64,000 bases of DNA from Babesia bigemina (taxonomy: Eukaryota): contig NC_027217.1 in the NCBI RefSeq assembly GCF_000981445.1, positions 1,674,001 to 1,738,000 on the forward strand, in the 5' to 3' direction. Both the position numbers and the translations under genes were made by a program. The stretch's first letter is position 1. Each line of letters opens with the position of its first letter. The notes under the pieces are model-generated. The model was not told where the DNA came from and ran no database searches. It saw only the letters and a program-made list of their open reading frames with translations. This document shows, one piece after another, positions 35,663 through 47,425 of this stretch.

Positions 35663-36615
35663 AGGTCCCGCTGGATGTCCAAAACGACGCAATAATTATA
35701 GTAAGGTGGCAGTGTGGCGGCAACTGCGTCCTGCCTGCCGAGCAGGAATTAACTGCCTTAATCACGGCAGGGGTTGAGTGACTTGTAAAAAAGCAGTTCA
35801 CACTGTTTAAATGGTATATTATGCTGCTATTGCGCTTCAAATCATAACAGAAGCTGTACATGTATGCAACGCATTGCGTTGGCATAACGAACGAAAAGGG
35901 TGGACAAGAAGGCAACCCATGGGTGAGGACCCGAGGAAATAGCTCAAATACAAGCGGGTTCACGTACAAGAGAACGTTCAAGGCGGTGTAATAGCTCCTG
36001 AGTGACGCCGCATCAAAAGACGGTTCCTACTCTGAATGACCGTCGTAACCAAACAAGGTGACAAGCACCAAATATGCACAGCGGCCAGAAAGTTAAAAAC
36101 CGCCACTGGCACCGATGATGCGGTTATAAATTCAAGTAAATTCGAAACACGACAATATGAACAAATATACGCAGTACAATAGACAATCTAAAAAAGGGTT
36201 TTAGCAACTTGTGAACGCTGTTGAAGGCAGCTCAGTAGCGTCGAATCGAGCGGTTCATATACAAGATTCCACGCGCATTTAACACATGCATTAATGTATC
36301 AAATTAAAACGTTTACGAAAAAAAACATTGTGCGCTTCAGCTTCGGGTTCTTCCGCTGACTACGTGTGGTACACTGGGGTAAAAAGTAATGTGTATAAAA
36401 ACATTTTATCATTCATAAAAATGGCGTTACACTAGCAATATCTTTTTAATTTATATTCTACTTAGCTTTAATATCATTATACAGGATTCCACGATGCACA
36501 ACACCGTATATGCCGTGGAATCTTGGTGTCATACGTAAGCATAGGTTGTCAGCTTTAACTGGCTTTCGACTAGACAATCATTTAGAGAGAATGAATCATA
36601 TATCTTAAAGTAGTA

Positions 36616-38041
36616 ATGGTGGAAGAGCAGGCGTATTCTGTGACAACAGATACAATTACATATGTTGAGTATACTGCGCTGGGAAAAGCACTCTATAGCA
36701 TGGTCTCGTTTGTCGAAGGCTACGATCAGCACATGCTGGGCATGTGTATGAGGGCATTTGAGTTGACTTTGGGTCTTTCCCAGGCTCAGCTATCCATGAT
36801 GGTAACCGTGTCTAATATGTCTCGCTTAGGTTGCTGTCTAATTTGGGGATTGCTGGCAGATAAGTTCAAATCGAACCATGTGTTTTCAGCAGGCCTTTTG
36901 TTGATGGGCATGGCTTCGATTGTGCTGAGTTCTGCATCTCAGTATATATCAGTAAGTTACGACAGATTTCGCTAAGATAACGCATCTGCAGATTCTGTTT
37001 TTGCGCTTCATACACGGTTTTGCGTTCGCCTGTATCTACCCCGTTCAACAAAAAATCGTTGCAGAAGAATTTAGCGATCCATGTTCCAACCTTGTATTCG
37101 GCATAATGCAGGCCCTAAATTGCATTGGGAGTCTCTTATGCGCAATCATAACCACGCGCATTGCACCCAAAATATTGTTGGGATATTATGGCTGGCGTAC
37201 TTCTTACCTTGTTTTGGGGTACGTATGGATAATATTTGGTATAGCGATTGTATTTGGAATGACAAGTGAGAAATGTGGGAATAATGGTATGTGCACTGCC
37301 AAACCCAAGACCAACATGAAAGAGGTTATAGATGGAGCCTTTTTAGCTGTTTTTAATTGTCGGACAGCTGGGGTATCTATCTTTACCCTATTCGTAGCAG
37401 AAACTCCAATGTGCGCGTTTTCCTATATGACCATCTATCTGCAGTATCTGGGAGTGTCAGACACCATGGCAGGCGTTGCCGTGGCGGCGACACTGATTGG
37501 AGGTGCAGTAGGAAGCGGAGTCGGTGGTTTGATTTTTAAGCACATTGCGGAAAAATACGACAGATGTGGTGAACTTTGTTCCGGCATTGCAGTGCTGGTC
37601 ATCCGACTAGTTGTTTGCGTATTATTCTTCGTATGGAGGCCACCATCTGGTCCTTTGCTGTGGTACCATTATGTGGAATTATCAGCGTTTGGTGGCACAT
37701 TGGTAACGGTTGGTGGTGTAGACAGGGCCCTTTTGAAGAAAGCAATCGAAGAAAAGTGTCAAGGCACTGCAGCCGCAGCGATTAGAACCATATCAGGAAT
37801 AGCAAGTAGTCTGATTCTCTTCCAGGTTTCCGCATATTTGTCCGAAAAGGTGTTTGGCTATGTTCCTTCGAGGGAGCCCTTAGAGACGATGCAAATGGCT
37901 GTTAAACATAGAAATGCGGAAGCTCTTAGGCAGTCAATGATGTATATTATTTTGTCAGGCACTATCCTCAATGTTTTGTGTTATATTACATTGATATGTT
38001 GCTTGCCTTCAAAAAAACGACAAACGTCAGAGGAGAAATGA
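36616..38041 (+). CDS. Major facilitator superfamily transporter, 2 exons
   Basis: About 12 hydrophobic segments, motif A-like WGLLADKF, LRFIHG and GWRTSY. Intron gtaagt...ctgcag at about 36952-36991. Confidence 0.9.
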
Positions 38042-41000
38042 AGGAAAAGTGGGAAAGTAAAAATCAAAAGGAAAACGCGATAATCTATCTGAGAAATAGA
38101 AAATTGCATTATTAAATATTGAAGATATTCCCTTATTTAGCACTACAGACCATTTATACACGATAACCGCTTTGCTATTTCGGGGATATAACTATCAATG
38201 CTATTATAGGCTACTTTCAACTCAGATGGATTTCAAATAATGGTTGATAACGTAGAATTTTAGGCGTCAAATCGCCTACAAGGTTGTATCAATGGGATGC
38301 AAAAGAAACGTATTTGTTGTTGGCTGAATGAAAATAATTCGCTATTCCTATCACGCAGAAAAATGAAGTTGCAAGTCAGCAAACACATTCGCTGGCTAAT
38401 AATACAAGGATATAATGTGGATCCTACACCCAGAACCGAACCCGGCAACTATCATTAATAGTGAGACGATCATATGGCGGCTGCTGTGTAAGGGTTATTT
38501 CGCCAACGCCAATCTGCGTTCGGAGGAGCTCAACTCGGCAGGCGGCGCAACGCACCAATCACTGGCATAAAACACGTGTCAATGGTTTGGAATTTGCTGA
38601 TTGCGCTGTTGACTAATCACGAGTCTGTCGCTTTTATGACCATAGTGCTGGATCGGGGATCCCTGCGTATCCACGTCACCGACGTTCACCGAATTGTCGA
38701 AGCGGAGCTTCTACCCACACCTGCAAGGTTACCTGATACGGTAACTTAATAGCCTTGCAGATATGTGGTCACGTCAATTGCAGTTAAAATGTTGACGGTT
38801 GAGTTGAAGGTGACAATTTTACAAACTAAGGTATCGATAGATACCTGGCATTACGTGCCCGGCCATAGTTACCTTTGACCAAAGCGACTATTTCGGACAT
38901 GAAGCATTAATTCTAACGTTTAACTATATATAGCGCATAGGCATTTTAATGCCCCCAACCTATGTATACAAACGATTTAGCGTCTTTGACCCATACAGAT
39001 GTACTTTTCCGACTCTACGAATTGATCGCCTTTAACTATTTTCGTGCTCGGAATAACATACGGTGTTCGTACTGAGTCGCTGCATGTAGTCAGTGGAATG
39101 CTCGAAGCTGTGATTGAGATGTGGAGGGTTAGCTCTGCTATGATGGGTTGATGCTGGACGGAATCGTAATAGGGCGGTTTCAGAATCCCAAAATAGAAAT
39201 ATAGAATTATGAAGGACGGTGCTACATTCTATAGGCTGTTTTGCTAGGCATATGCTTTAACTGGCCAGCGAAGCTAATACAAGTCCTTCTGTGGGTACCT
39301 CTATTAAGGGTCGTATATCTCCAGACGGCTGTAGAAGGATCCGTGATTGGCAGGAGAGATATAGCAGTGGTTGTGAAATTTGTGAAGTGAAACATGTGTT
39401 TGTTATTCACCTGGTGAATAACACAAGTTAGGATTTGCAGAAAGAAGAAGGATTCCGAAAAATAGTGCAGTGCGATCCGATGAAATCATGATTTACAAGG
39501 GTATCATTCACATGTTTCGGCGAATTGTATGCAATTCAAACAACTGTCGCAACATTTCGCACTACTGTTGACGGTAGATTCATGCTGACAACTGGTTACC
39601 ATAATCCCCACTGTCGAATCCGACACCCCCGTACCGAATAAAGTACGTACATCTAGGCGAATGCCGTTGAACAACGCGCCTTTACTTATCTTTAGTAACT
39701 AGCGCTATATGGATATTTGTGTCAGCCTAATAAACAATCGTAAATGCTGACTAGGGTAGCTGGCTAGCGTGGGCCACCCGTCGCTTTGGCATCAAACTAT
39801 ACTATGACTTCGCATTCGTAGTGCCACATATGCTCAACCAAGTCACAAGTTCAACTAATTGTCACAAAGTACCACTTTCAGCTATAGTTATGTGGAAATC
39901 TTGTATGGTGAGTGTACAGCAGGTATACACAGCCTTCACTTTCTGAATTGGTTAACAAGCGGTATTTCTTGAAATCTGTATTGCCAATTTTGTTATCATG
40001 GTCATACCGCTTCGTAGCAAAACCACTACGTCTTAATCTACTTTACCTTCGTCAATTCGCCACATCACTCATTCTGCGTTACCGCCTGCTCTATCGTAAA
40101 TTAAACAATCGTCGAGATTGATTACTATTCCAATCATACAACAACTCTATTGACGCCATTTATAATCGCCACATTTCTGGTGCACGTCGCAGTTGTTGAA
40201 GATGCGGTGGCTAGTGTCAGATGTCAACGGACAGTGCGTAGGATTCAAATAACTTTTCACTACAGCAGCCATATGTCGCCGCATATTTCAAAGCCTTGAT
40301 GAAATCGGTGCTAATTGTCGTTCGAATAGTAGTCGTTCTAGTAGGTTTCGTGTCACGTCAATAATGGTACCGGTACCAACCGAACAGGGCAGACATTTCC
40401 AGTGGGGCACCGATTCAGCAATCTACAATTCAAAAACTTGGCGGTTCGTGCAGTAACACGCATTAGATCACACGGCACTGTTTTAGTTGTGATCGATGAA
40501 TGACCCACAAGCGTGGATGTGATGAGGTCTACTGAACTTCACTCCGCGCATTGCTGCTGTTACAGCTCCATGGGAGCACTTTATGGCGTAATTCATTGCG
40601 TAAATAGCTGAATGCCACAGATTGAGCCATATTATGAATCCCTCAATAAGTGAACGGTGAACATTTGATAATGGCGCCGACACAGTGTTCCTCTTACAAC
40701 CACAGCATAACAATCAATAGTGTCGCTTATAGGGGTCTATACCCTAGCAACTAGTACGTTGTGAAAGGGCCGAAGAGCTTCTTCTGTCAACCAGTCAGAC
40801 GTCGTTTTACCACCTATCGAATATCCGTCTGTCGCGGATATAACAATAGAAACCAGTTGGTTAGGTGGGATCGTTCGCAATCAAAAACAGACAGATGTCA
40901 AACCGGTGATTCTAAAAGCAAGTACGCTGGTTATGTCTCTACGAATTTGGGCGTGGTGAGAAGACGGTACACTGTTGTCTAATACAGCTCCGTGAGTGCC

Positions 41001-41512
41001 ACTGAACGCACGCGCTCGGGGTGGTATGAAATTGTCAGCTCAAGCGGATTCCATCTGTCACTGTCTCATGAGATCGTAATATGGTCACCAATATTCACAT
41101 GGATGCACGCCGCCGCAATTGTGTACCGTAACAACATGGTACCGCACGCTACATCAACAGCGTACCTATCAGCCGTCCTCGTGTCACGCCATGGATCACG
41201 CGAAGCACGGTCGATTGTGTCATATTTCATACAAAATATAGTAACATTTTAACTCATATGTAGCAAGGAGACATGGAAGTGTGCCATGACAGCGAGGCGT
41301 TGTCCAATCGCCGGCCAGCATGCCACGCATCACGGTAGAGGCCATACAAAGCACTTTAACGACGTGTGATATAACACAACGGTAAAGAATAACCATTTTG
41401 CGCTATACGCATTTATAGTGGATTCCAACTTAGTTGGCTCTCAAGTACAACCTACGCCGTCCGCGTTAGTTGACCGCTGCTGCGCAGGTGTGTCTGATTC
41501 AAGGGAGCGAAG

Positions 41513-41827
41513 ATGGCCAGTTCTGGTGCGGGGTGTTGTTGCCTTGTGGACAACGGAGGCTGCTGTCCCGGAAGTTGTGGTAGTTGCCGCGGGGGTGTAC
41601 AGATATGTTGCTGCCGATGCTGTGAAGAAATCAGATGCAGGAATCGATTGCTCACCATCCTGTTCATGGGAGTGATTTTAATTGCATTCCTCATCATCCT
41701 GCTCATCTGCTGGATGATCGAAAACAGGAGATGGCCATTCGAGAAAATCCACGACTACATCTTCGCCCTGCCGGACATCTACGATCCATACGAGAGGTAC
41801 CCTGAGGAGAATACATATGCATACTAG
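41513..41827 (+). CDS. Small Cys-rich single-pass membrane protein
   Basis: 104 aa: 13 Cys in the first 42 residues, a ~22-aa TM helix and a Tyr-rich tail; GC3-biased codons in the 3' half. Confidence 0.65.
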   Translation: MASSGAGCCCLVDNGGCCPGSCGSCRGGVQICCCRCCEEIRCRNRLLTILFMGVILIAFLIILLICWMIENRRWPFEKIHDYIFALPDIYDPYERYPEENTYAY

Positions 41828-42021
41828 TCTCACGGAGTCCACGGCAGGTTTCAATATCGCAACGACCGTGTCGTGCCGCATTTACAACGTGGTTGTACCC
41901 GTGAATTATAATCCACACGGATTATGCGAATACCTGCCGGGATGTGCTACGCCACACTCTCAGCGTACCCAGGATTCCAACTCAATTGAATCTTGTACCA
42001 TAGACAAATGCATATGCCGTG

Positions 42022-42084
42022 CTTGTAGCAACGTAGTGTCGATGTGGTAGCAATGCGTTGTCGATGTTGTAGCAACGTAATGCG
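42022..42084. repeat. Short degenerate ~21-22-bp tandem repeat, 3 copies (tgtagcaacgtagtgtcgatg-like)
   Basis: Seen directly in the region between two convergent 3' ends. Confidence 0.55.
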
Positions 42085-42155
42085 ACTGTTGGGCCGAACC
42101 ACGATTGGTGATTTGCGACGCAGACGTGCAGATGCGTGGAGTAACGTGATGGATA

Positions 42156-43883
42156 TTACATAGAACGTCTTTTGAACTCAGAAAGAAGGCTGAAGTGGTC
42201 GGATGACGGCCAGCCCTTGTTCGGAAGGTTGCCGTTCGCCTTTACGTCACGGTAAGCGGGCATCTCGTACAGCGACTGCACATTCAGCTCGTCGGCAGTG
42301 TACCATATGTAGTCCACGCAGCCGCGCTGCCAGCCGTGGAACGCAGTGAACGCGGGCTCGTTGCACTGGTTCTGCCCGGGGTCGAAGGTGCTGTAGGCGC
42401 TGTGGAACTTGAAGGGGCAGAACAGCAGGTCTCTGGCCTCACCGCCCAGAGTCTTGTCAACATCGTCCGCATCTTTACTGCGCGGAGTGACGCTGGATTC
42501 GTCCTCCTTGCCGCTTAGACTGCGCTCGTTCACGGCGCCCAGGTATTTAGAGATGACCCCGTGCATCCCCTCGTCGAACTTTATCCACTCTGGCATCTTC
42601 GTGAACATGTCTATGCCGGTGGTGCGGCTTAGCGGCTCCACCCATTCCCCCTCGGTTCCAGTGCCGTAGATGTCGGAAATGTAGTTGCCCTCGAAGTTGC
42701 CAACGGTGATGCCAGACTTCCCGTGCCCGCCCTGCTCAGTCTTGTACATGGTGTCGAACATGAGGTACTGTCCGGATATGAGCCTCACGTTGCAGTTGCG
42801 AAGCACCACGTAACCCTTGCTGAGGAAGTGGTACAGCAGGCTCTGGGGGGTGAAGTTGAAGTCGCCGCACATTATTATCGCCGGCTTTGGGTGGTTGCAC
42901 GCCGCGGCGCCGAGGTGCTCCATGCACACCGACTCCATGTCCTTGATGGCCAACAGCAGCGCGCACAACTGCGCGAACTTGATGTCGCCACGGTTTTTGT
43001 TAAACAACAGGTGCGTGTTGGAAAAGATGTATATGTCCTTCACCTTCGCCTGTTCGTCGTCGACTAACTTGCTGCGCTTGTCAACCAGCGCGAGCACGAT
43101 GGCCACCTGCAGGCGGTCGTAGTTGGCGTCGTCGACGGCGAACTCGATGTCCTTGTGTGACAGCACCTCGAACCGCTCCTCCTGGTAGAGGATGCACACG
43201 CCGTCCAACTTGGGCGACTTCTTTTTCTTGAAGACGGATCTGTACCCCAGGCGTTGGAATTCGCCCGAGAAGAAGTTTTCGTACTCCGCCTCGTCAACCT
43301 CCTGAAGACACACGACGTCTGCCAGGGAGTCACGTACGACGTCCAGAATGGCGAACTTGCGGCTGTTCCAGGACATCACCTCGCTGTCATTGTTCACGTA
43401 CTTGTTGTCCACGAGGCTACGCGCAAGACAGTTGAAGCTCATCACCTTCAGGGGCTCAAAGCTGAATCGCGAAGCGGTGCCCTGTGGCGGTGCTTTGCTC
43501 ATGCCGGACGACCAGTTGCGCTCGACCAGGCTTTCGGTGTCGGACTCGGGCTGGCCGTTGCGTGACGCCCGCGGCACGCCAATGCGCATGCTGTCCAATT
43601 TAATGGACAACAAGTCTAAGGGCTCGACGGCTGGCATGCACACCGTCGCCTTAGTGATGGTGCGTGAGCCATCGGCTCGGCACTCTTCAGCGGCGTTTAC
43701 GTTGCCTTCCACCATGTCGGAAGGCTTATTGAAAACAACCGACTGCTGGAGAGCCGCTGCGTCTGCGTTCATCCCGCAGCCGATACCCGTATTCGCCAAA
43801 GGCACCAGGTCACTCACGTCGGCGGCTCCCCGCCCCACCATGCCGAGTGATCCGTGGGCCATATCATGTGATCGCGTCGCCAT
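42156..43883 (-). CDS. Endonuclease/exonuclease/phosphatase of the CCR4/Angel/nocturnin group (Angel-like)
   Basis: VMSFNCLA, CLQEVD, NTHLLFNKNRGDIKFAQ, CGDFN, VDYIWY and SDH. The start is uncertain (the ORF is open to 44237). Confidence 0.9.
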   Translation of the reverse strand: MATRSHDMAHGSLGMVGRGAADVSDLVPLANTGIGCGMNADAAALQQSVVFNKPSDMVEGNVNAAEECRADGSRTITKATVCMPAVEPLDLLSIKLDSMRIGVPRASRNGQPESDTESLVERNWSSGMSKAPPQGTASRFSFEPLKVMSFNCLARSLVDNKYVNNDSEVMSWNSRKFAILDVVRDSLADVVCLQEVDEAEYENFFSGEFQRLGYRSVFKKKKSPKLDGVCILYQEERFEVLSHKDIEFAVDDANYDRLQVAIVLALVDKRSKLVDDEQAKVKDIYIFSNTHLLFNKNRGDIKFAQLCALLLAIKDMESVCMEHLGAAACNHPKPAIIMCGDFNFTPQSLLYHFLSKGYVVLRNCNVRLISGQYLMFDTMYKTEQGGHGKSGITVGNFEGNYISDIYGTGTEGEWVEPLSRTTGIDMFTKMPEWIKFDEGMHGVISKYLGAVNERSLSGKEDESSVTPRSKDADDVDKTLGGEARDLLFCPFKFHSAYSTFDPGQNQCNEPAFTAFHGWQRGCVDYIWYTADELNVQSLYEMPAYRDVKANGNLPNKGWPSSDHFSLLSEFKRRSM

Positions 43884-45795
43884 TTCGTTCACAGGCGTCC
43901 GATTCGATATGGCAATCCAGTCGCGTTTGAAGGGGACGGCAGTTGCCCTCTTCCGGTAATAAGCACGAATGCACAAGTTTCCCGAGCTTCGGTGCGTAGT
44001 GACGAAGCCGAAAAGCGAACAGCGCGTCTTCTGAATAGCCGCGCCGACAGAAACAAACCCACTGCCACACCTTGCGTTCACAACACGGTACGAACAGTAA
44101 GCAGACTGTGCAAATCTCATGTACACAACCCTGCACTTGCTAACACTGACGTCACCGATGACGTCGTCACCGCCTTTGAAAACGGTGATCAACAAAGGGC
44201 TTCTGCCACCACACGGTATGAGAAGTCGCTGACACAACTGCAGCGCATGCGCAGTTAATGCGTTAGAGGTAACGAAGACAACTTAGCTGCGGCCACTCCC
44301 GCCTGATGTCTCCCTCAAACAATGATCCTCGCCACACTCCAACCTAGAAACGGAGCACATACACGGCAATAATGCTTCACGCAACTTCTAACACAACAGC
44401 CTTTCATTCCATAATGCTTATGGAATGCCGCACCGGGATTCTCAATCCAGGGAAGTATTGATGTCGCAGCACTGGCCTGATCGGAAAATCCGATGTCGTG
44501 ATTCCGCGAACCCTAGGCAAAAAAACGTCTTTCTATGCAACGTGTGCGTGAACTGCACACATTGTCACGCTACGTTTCGCTGATACACGCTATCAGCAAC
44601 GCGCCCCGCCGTTACAATCCGTCAGGCAAGGACAAGTATAGGAACGCGAACAGATCCATTGTGCCCGCGAAAACTGATGGCGATCCCATCCTATTTAACA
44701 CCAAGCCACACCACGTACGACACTTAGATGATATCGGCCGACATGTGACCGTGAGTCACACGTATCCCAGTGCGAAACATCTCCGCGGCAACGATGTTCG
44801 GCTTGCGTAGATCGCAGTGGCCGGCAAACAACGCACACGCGATATTAGCGCGCGATGAATTCAACGCAAAGACCAATATATATGATTTTGGATGTGAAGG
44901 TGGTACGACGATGTGATGCGGGGCACCACGGTCTACCACATGTACCACCAGCGAGCTTATGACAGGCGAATCTTGAACGAATGTTGGGTGTACTGTATTG
45001 TAAGTAAATATTTGCGCCGAATTCGGACGGTAGTCGGCCTAAATTTTTACACCGCAAATCACGGTATCGCGCGCAGCAGCAGCGCCACGGACAACCGTCT
45101 GTGTCTGCGCAGGGGAATTAACGACCTGCATGCCGGTTGATTTGATGATTCAAAACGAAAGGTCTCAGAAAAACGCACTTAATGTGCGCATGGTTTGGTG
45201 CTGGCTGCAGCCGTGTGTGTGAGACAAAAAAACCAAGAAATCGCCTGGAAGGTCAAAGTGCCTGGGCGATTTGGTTAACTATTGCACTGCTGAACGCGCG
45301 TTTTGCGTCCCGCAAATGGCCCACGTCGCTGGGCAATCTTTACGACCTTGTGTACCGGACGCCACTCCAACGATCAGGGCGTTCGTATGTGTAGCGTGAC
45401 CTTCCACCTGTGGACGCCGTCATTCACTGAGTCACAGACAATTAGTTGGTCTGCTTTACGTAAGGTTGCGATACTACACCTAAAAATGCTAATTGGGCCC
45501 GGTTGATGGCGTGGAATATTGGGATGCGTAGCTCAGCCTCTTTGGTCGAAATGCGGCTGTGCGCACGGTGTAGCGAGCAATGAAGCGATAAAGGCGCACA
45601 CGTTTGCGGTGGTATGTGGATTTTTAACGTTTGCTGGTTTGACGCTGTGAGGCGGCGTTTCCGCAGCCCCCATCGTAGCTACGGAAGCGTACACCATAGT
45701 CATATGCCGTGACAGCCACTGCGCCGGCATAACGGATACACGTGACGCCTTACACTTTATAACGAATATCAATTGTTTTTTTGAGTTTTGCCACC

Positions 45796-47067
45796 ATGTC
45801 GGACGAGGAGGAGCAGCCTGTTACGGACACCTACCCGTGCGCGCCAGCGCCGCCGGTGGAGATCAAGCTCTTCGTCGCGCGCATACCGAAGACGCACGAG
45901 GAGGCAGAGATAAGGAAAATGTTCGAAGAATTCGGGGAGGTCAAGGATGTAGTGGTGATCCGCGACAAGGCCACCAACGCACACAAGTGCTGCGCGTTCG
46001 TACGCATGGTCTCAATATCGCAAGCCGATGCGGCCATTAAAAGCCTGAACAACAACTGCGTCGTTGACACTGCACTCGGCGCCATCTTGGTGAAGTACGC
46101 CGCCGGCGAGGCCGAGCGCCTGGGATTCACCTCCCTCGTAGGGGATCCCGGGGTGAATGAATGCAAGCTGTTCGTCGGCAGCATACCCAAAACGGGCGAC
46201 GAGTCCATCGTCCGCGAAATATTTGAGCAGTACGGCACGTTGGAGGATGTGTTTGTTATGAAGGACCAGAACGGCGCCGGCAAGGGTTGCGCGTTCGTTA
46301 AGATGGCGTACAAAGAGCAGGGGCTTTATGCCATACGCTCACTCGATGGCATGAAGCAGTTGGAAGGCTGCTCCCGCCCGATGGAGGTGCGTTTCGCGGA
46401 GTCGAAGGCGAACAAGCAGAACAACGCCGGTATGCACCACTCCTCCATGCGTGCGCCGATGGTCCAGCCGCCGTACCCCATGCCAACGCCGAGCCAGGTG
46501 CGCCAGGTCGGCATCTGGAGGGAGTACATATCCCCCGAGGGCAAGCCGTACTTCTACAACGAACAAACGGGGCACACGCAGTGGGAGCGCCCGCCGGAGT
46601 TCGACAACCCCAGCGGTGCCAGCCAGGCCCCGGCGGGACCCCCCGGCGCCAATCTGTTCATATTCCACATCCCCAACGAGTGGACTCAGTACGACCTCGT
46701 GCGTACCTTCTCCCAGTTCGGGAAGATCCTGAGTTCACGGATCGCGTCAGACAAGTCGACTGGAAGGCACAAGGGTTACGCCTTCGTGTCGTACGACTCG
46801 CCTGATTCGGCCGCACAAGCCATACAGCATCTCAACGGCTTTACGGTGATGGGGAAACGACTGAAGGTGACCATCAAGAAGGGGGACGAGTCGGCGGCAG
46901 TGTCCGCGACACCGTCTACCGCCCCCGCCGTGGCACCCAGCAGCAGCGTGGTGGGCAGGATGCCCACACCGGCGTACCAGACCTACCAGTCCCCCCATGT
47001 AGCCGGAGCGCAGCCCTACGGACAGCAACCGTACTACGGATCCTATCAGAGGTACGCTCCATATTAA
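45796..47067 (+). CDS. CELF/Bruno-like RNA-binding protein (RRM-RRM-WW-RRM)
   Basis: [30 protein letters not shown] domain [26 protein letters not shown], and [21 protein letters not shown]. Confidence 0.93.
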   Translation: MSDEEEQPVTDTYPCAPAPPVEIKLFVARIPKTHEEAEIRKMFEEFGEVKDVVVIRDKATNAHKCCAFVRMVSISQADAAIKSLNNNCVVDTALGAILVKYAAGEAERLGFTSLVGDPGVNECKLFVGSIPKTGDESIVREIFEQYGTLEDVFVMKDQNGAGKGCAFVKMAYKEQGLYAIRSLDGMKQLEGCSRPMEVRFAESKANKQNNAGMHHSSMRAPMVQPPYPMPTPSQVRQVGIWREYISPEGKPYFYNEQTGHTQWERPPEFDNPSGASQAPAGPPGANLFIFHIPNEWTQYDLVRTFSQFGKILSSRIASDKSTGRHKGYAFVSYDSPDSAAQAIQHLNGFTVMGKRLKVTIKKGDESAAVSATPSTAPAVAPSSSVVGRMPTPAYQTYQSPHVAGAQPYGQQPYYGSYQRYAPY

Positions 47068-47425
47068 TGACGTTTCACTGCTGCGCGACTGGCTTCAACG
47101 ACGGCCGCCATACGACGATTGCATGAAAGTGGTGTTTCGACGTGCGTTATTGGACCTCTTCGCTGAAGTGCGTGACATGCTTCCCTTTCTGATCAACTGC
47201 CCATTCGAGTGACCCATGCGACGCGCGGCCACCAAAGTGTCGGCTTTCATACATCGTTTGTGCCCTTGTGGTCTCGCCCCGTTGAAGGCAAAGCGACCGA
47301 CTGCTCTACAATTGCTCTGCATGCAACTCGACAGCGCTCCCGTGATTAGAACGTGCATACATAGCGTCAATTTAGTTTGCTGCCATACACCATGTAACAT
47401 ACGCGTTTACATTTGCCCACAGTTT

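Noticed and set aside
38042..41400. Centromere or mobile element in the gene-poor tract
   Set aside because: Only moderately AT-rich, with no terminal repeats and no transposase or RT-like ORF seen.
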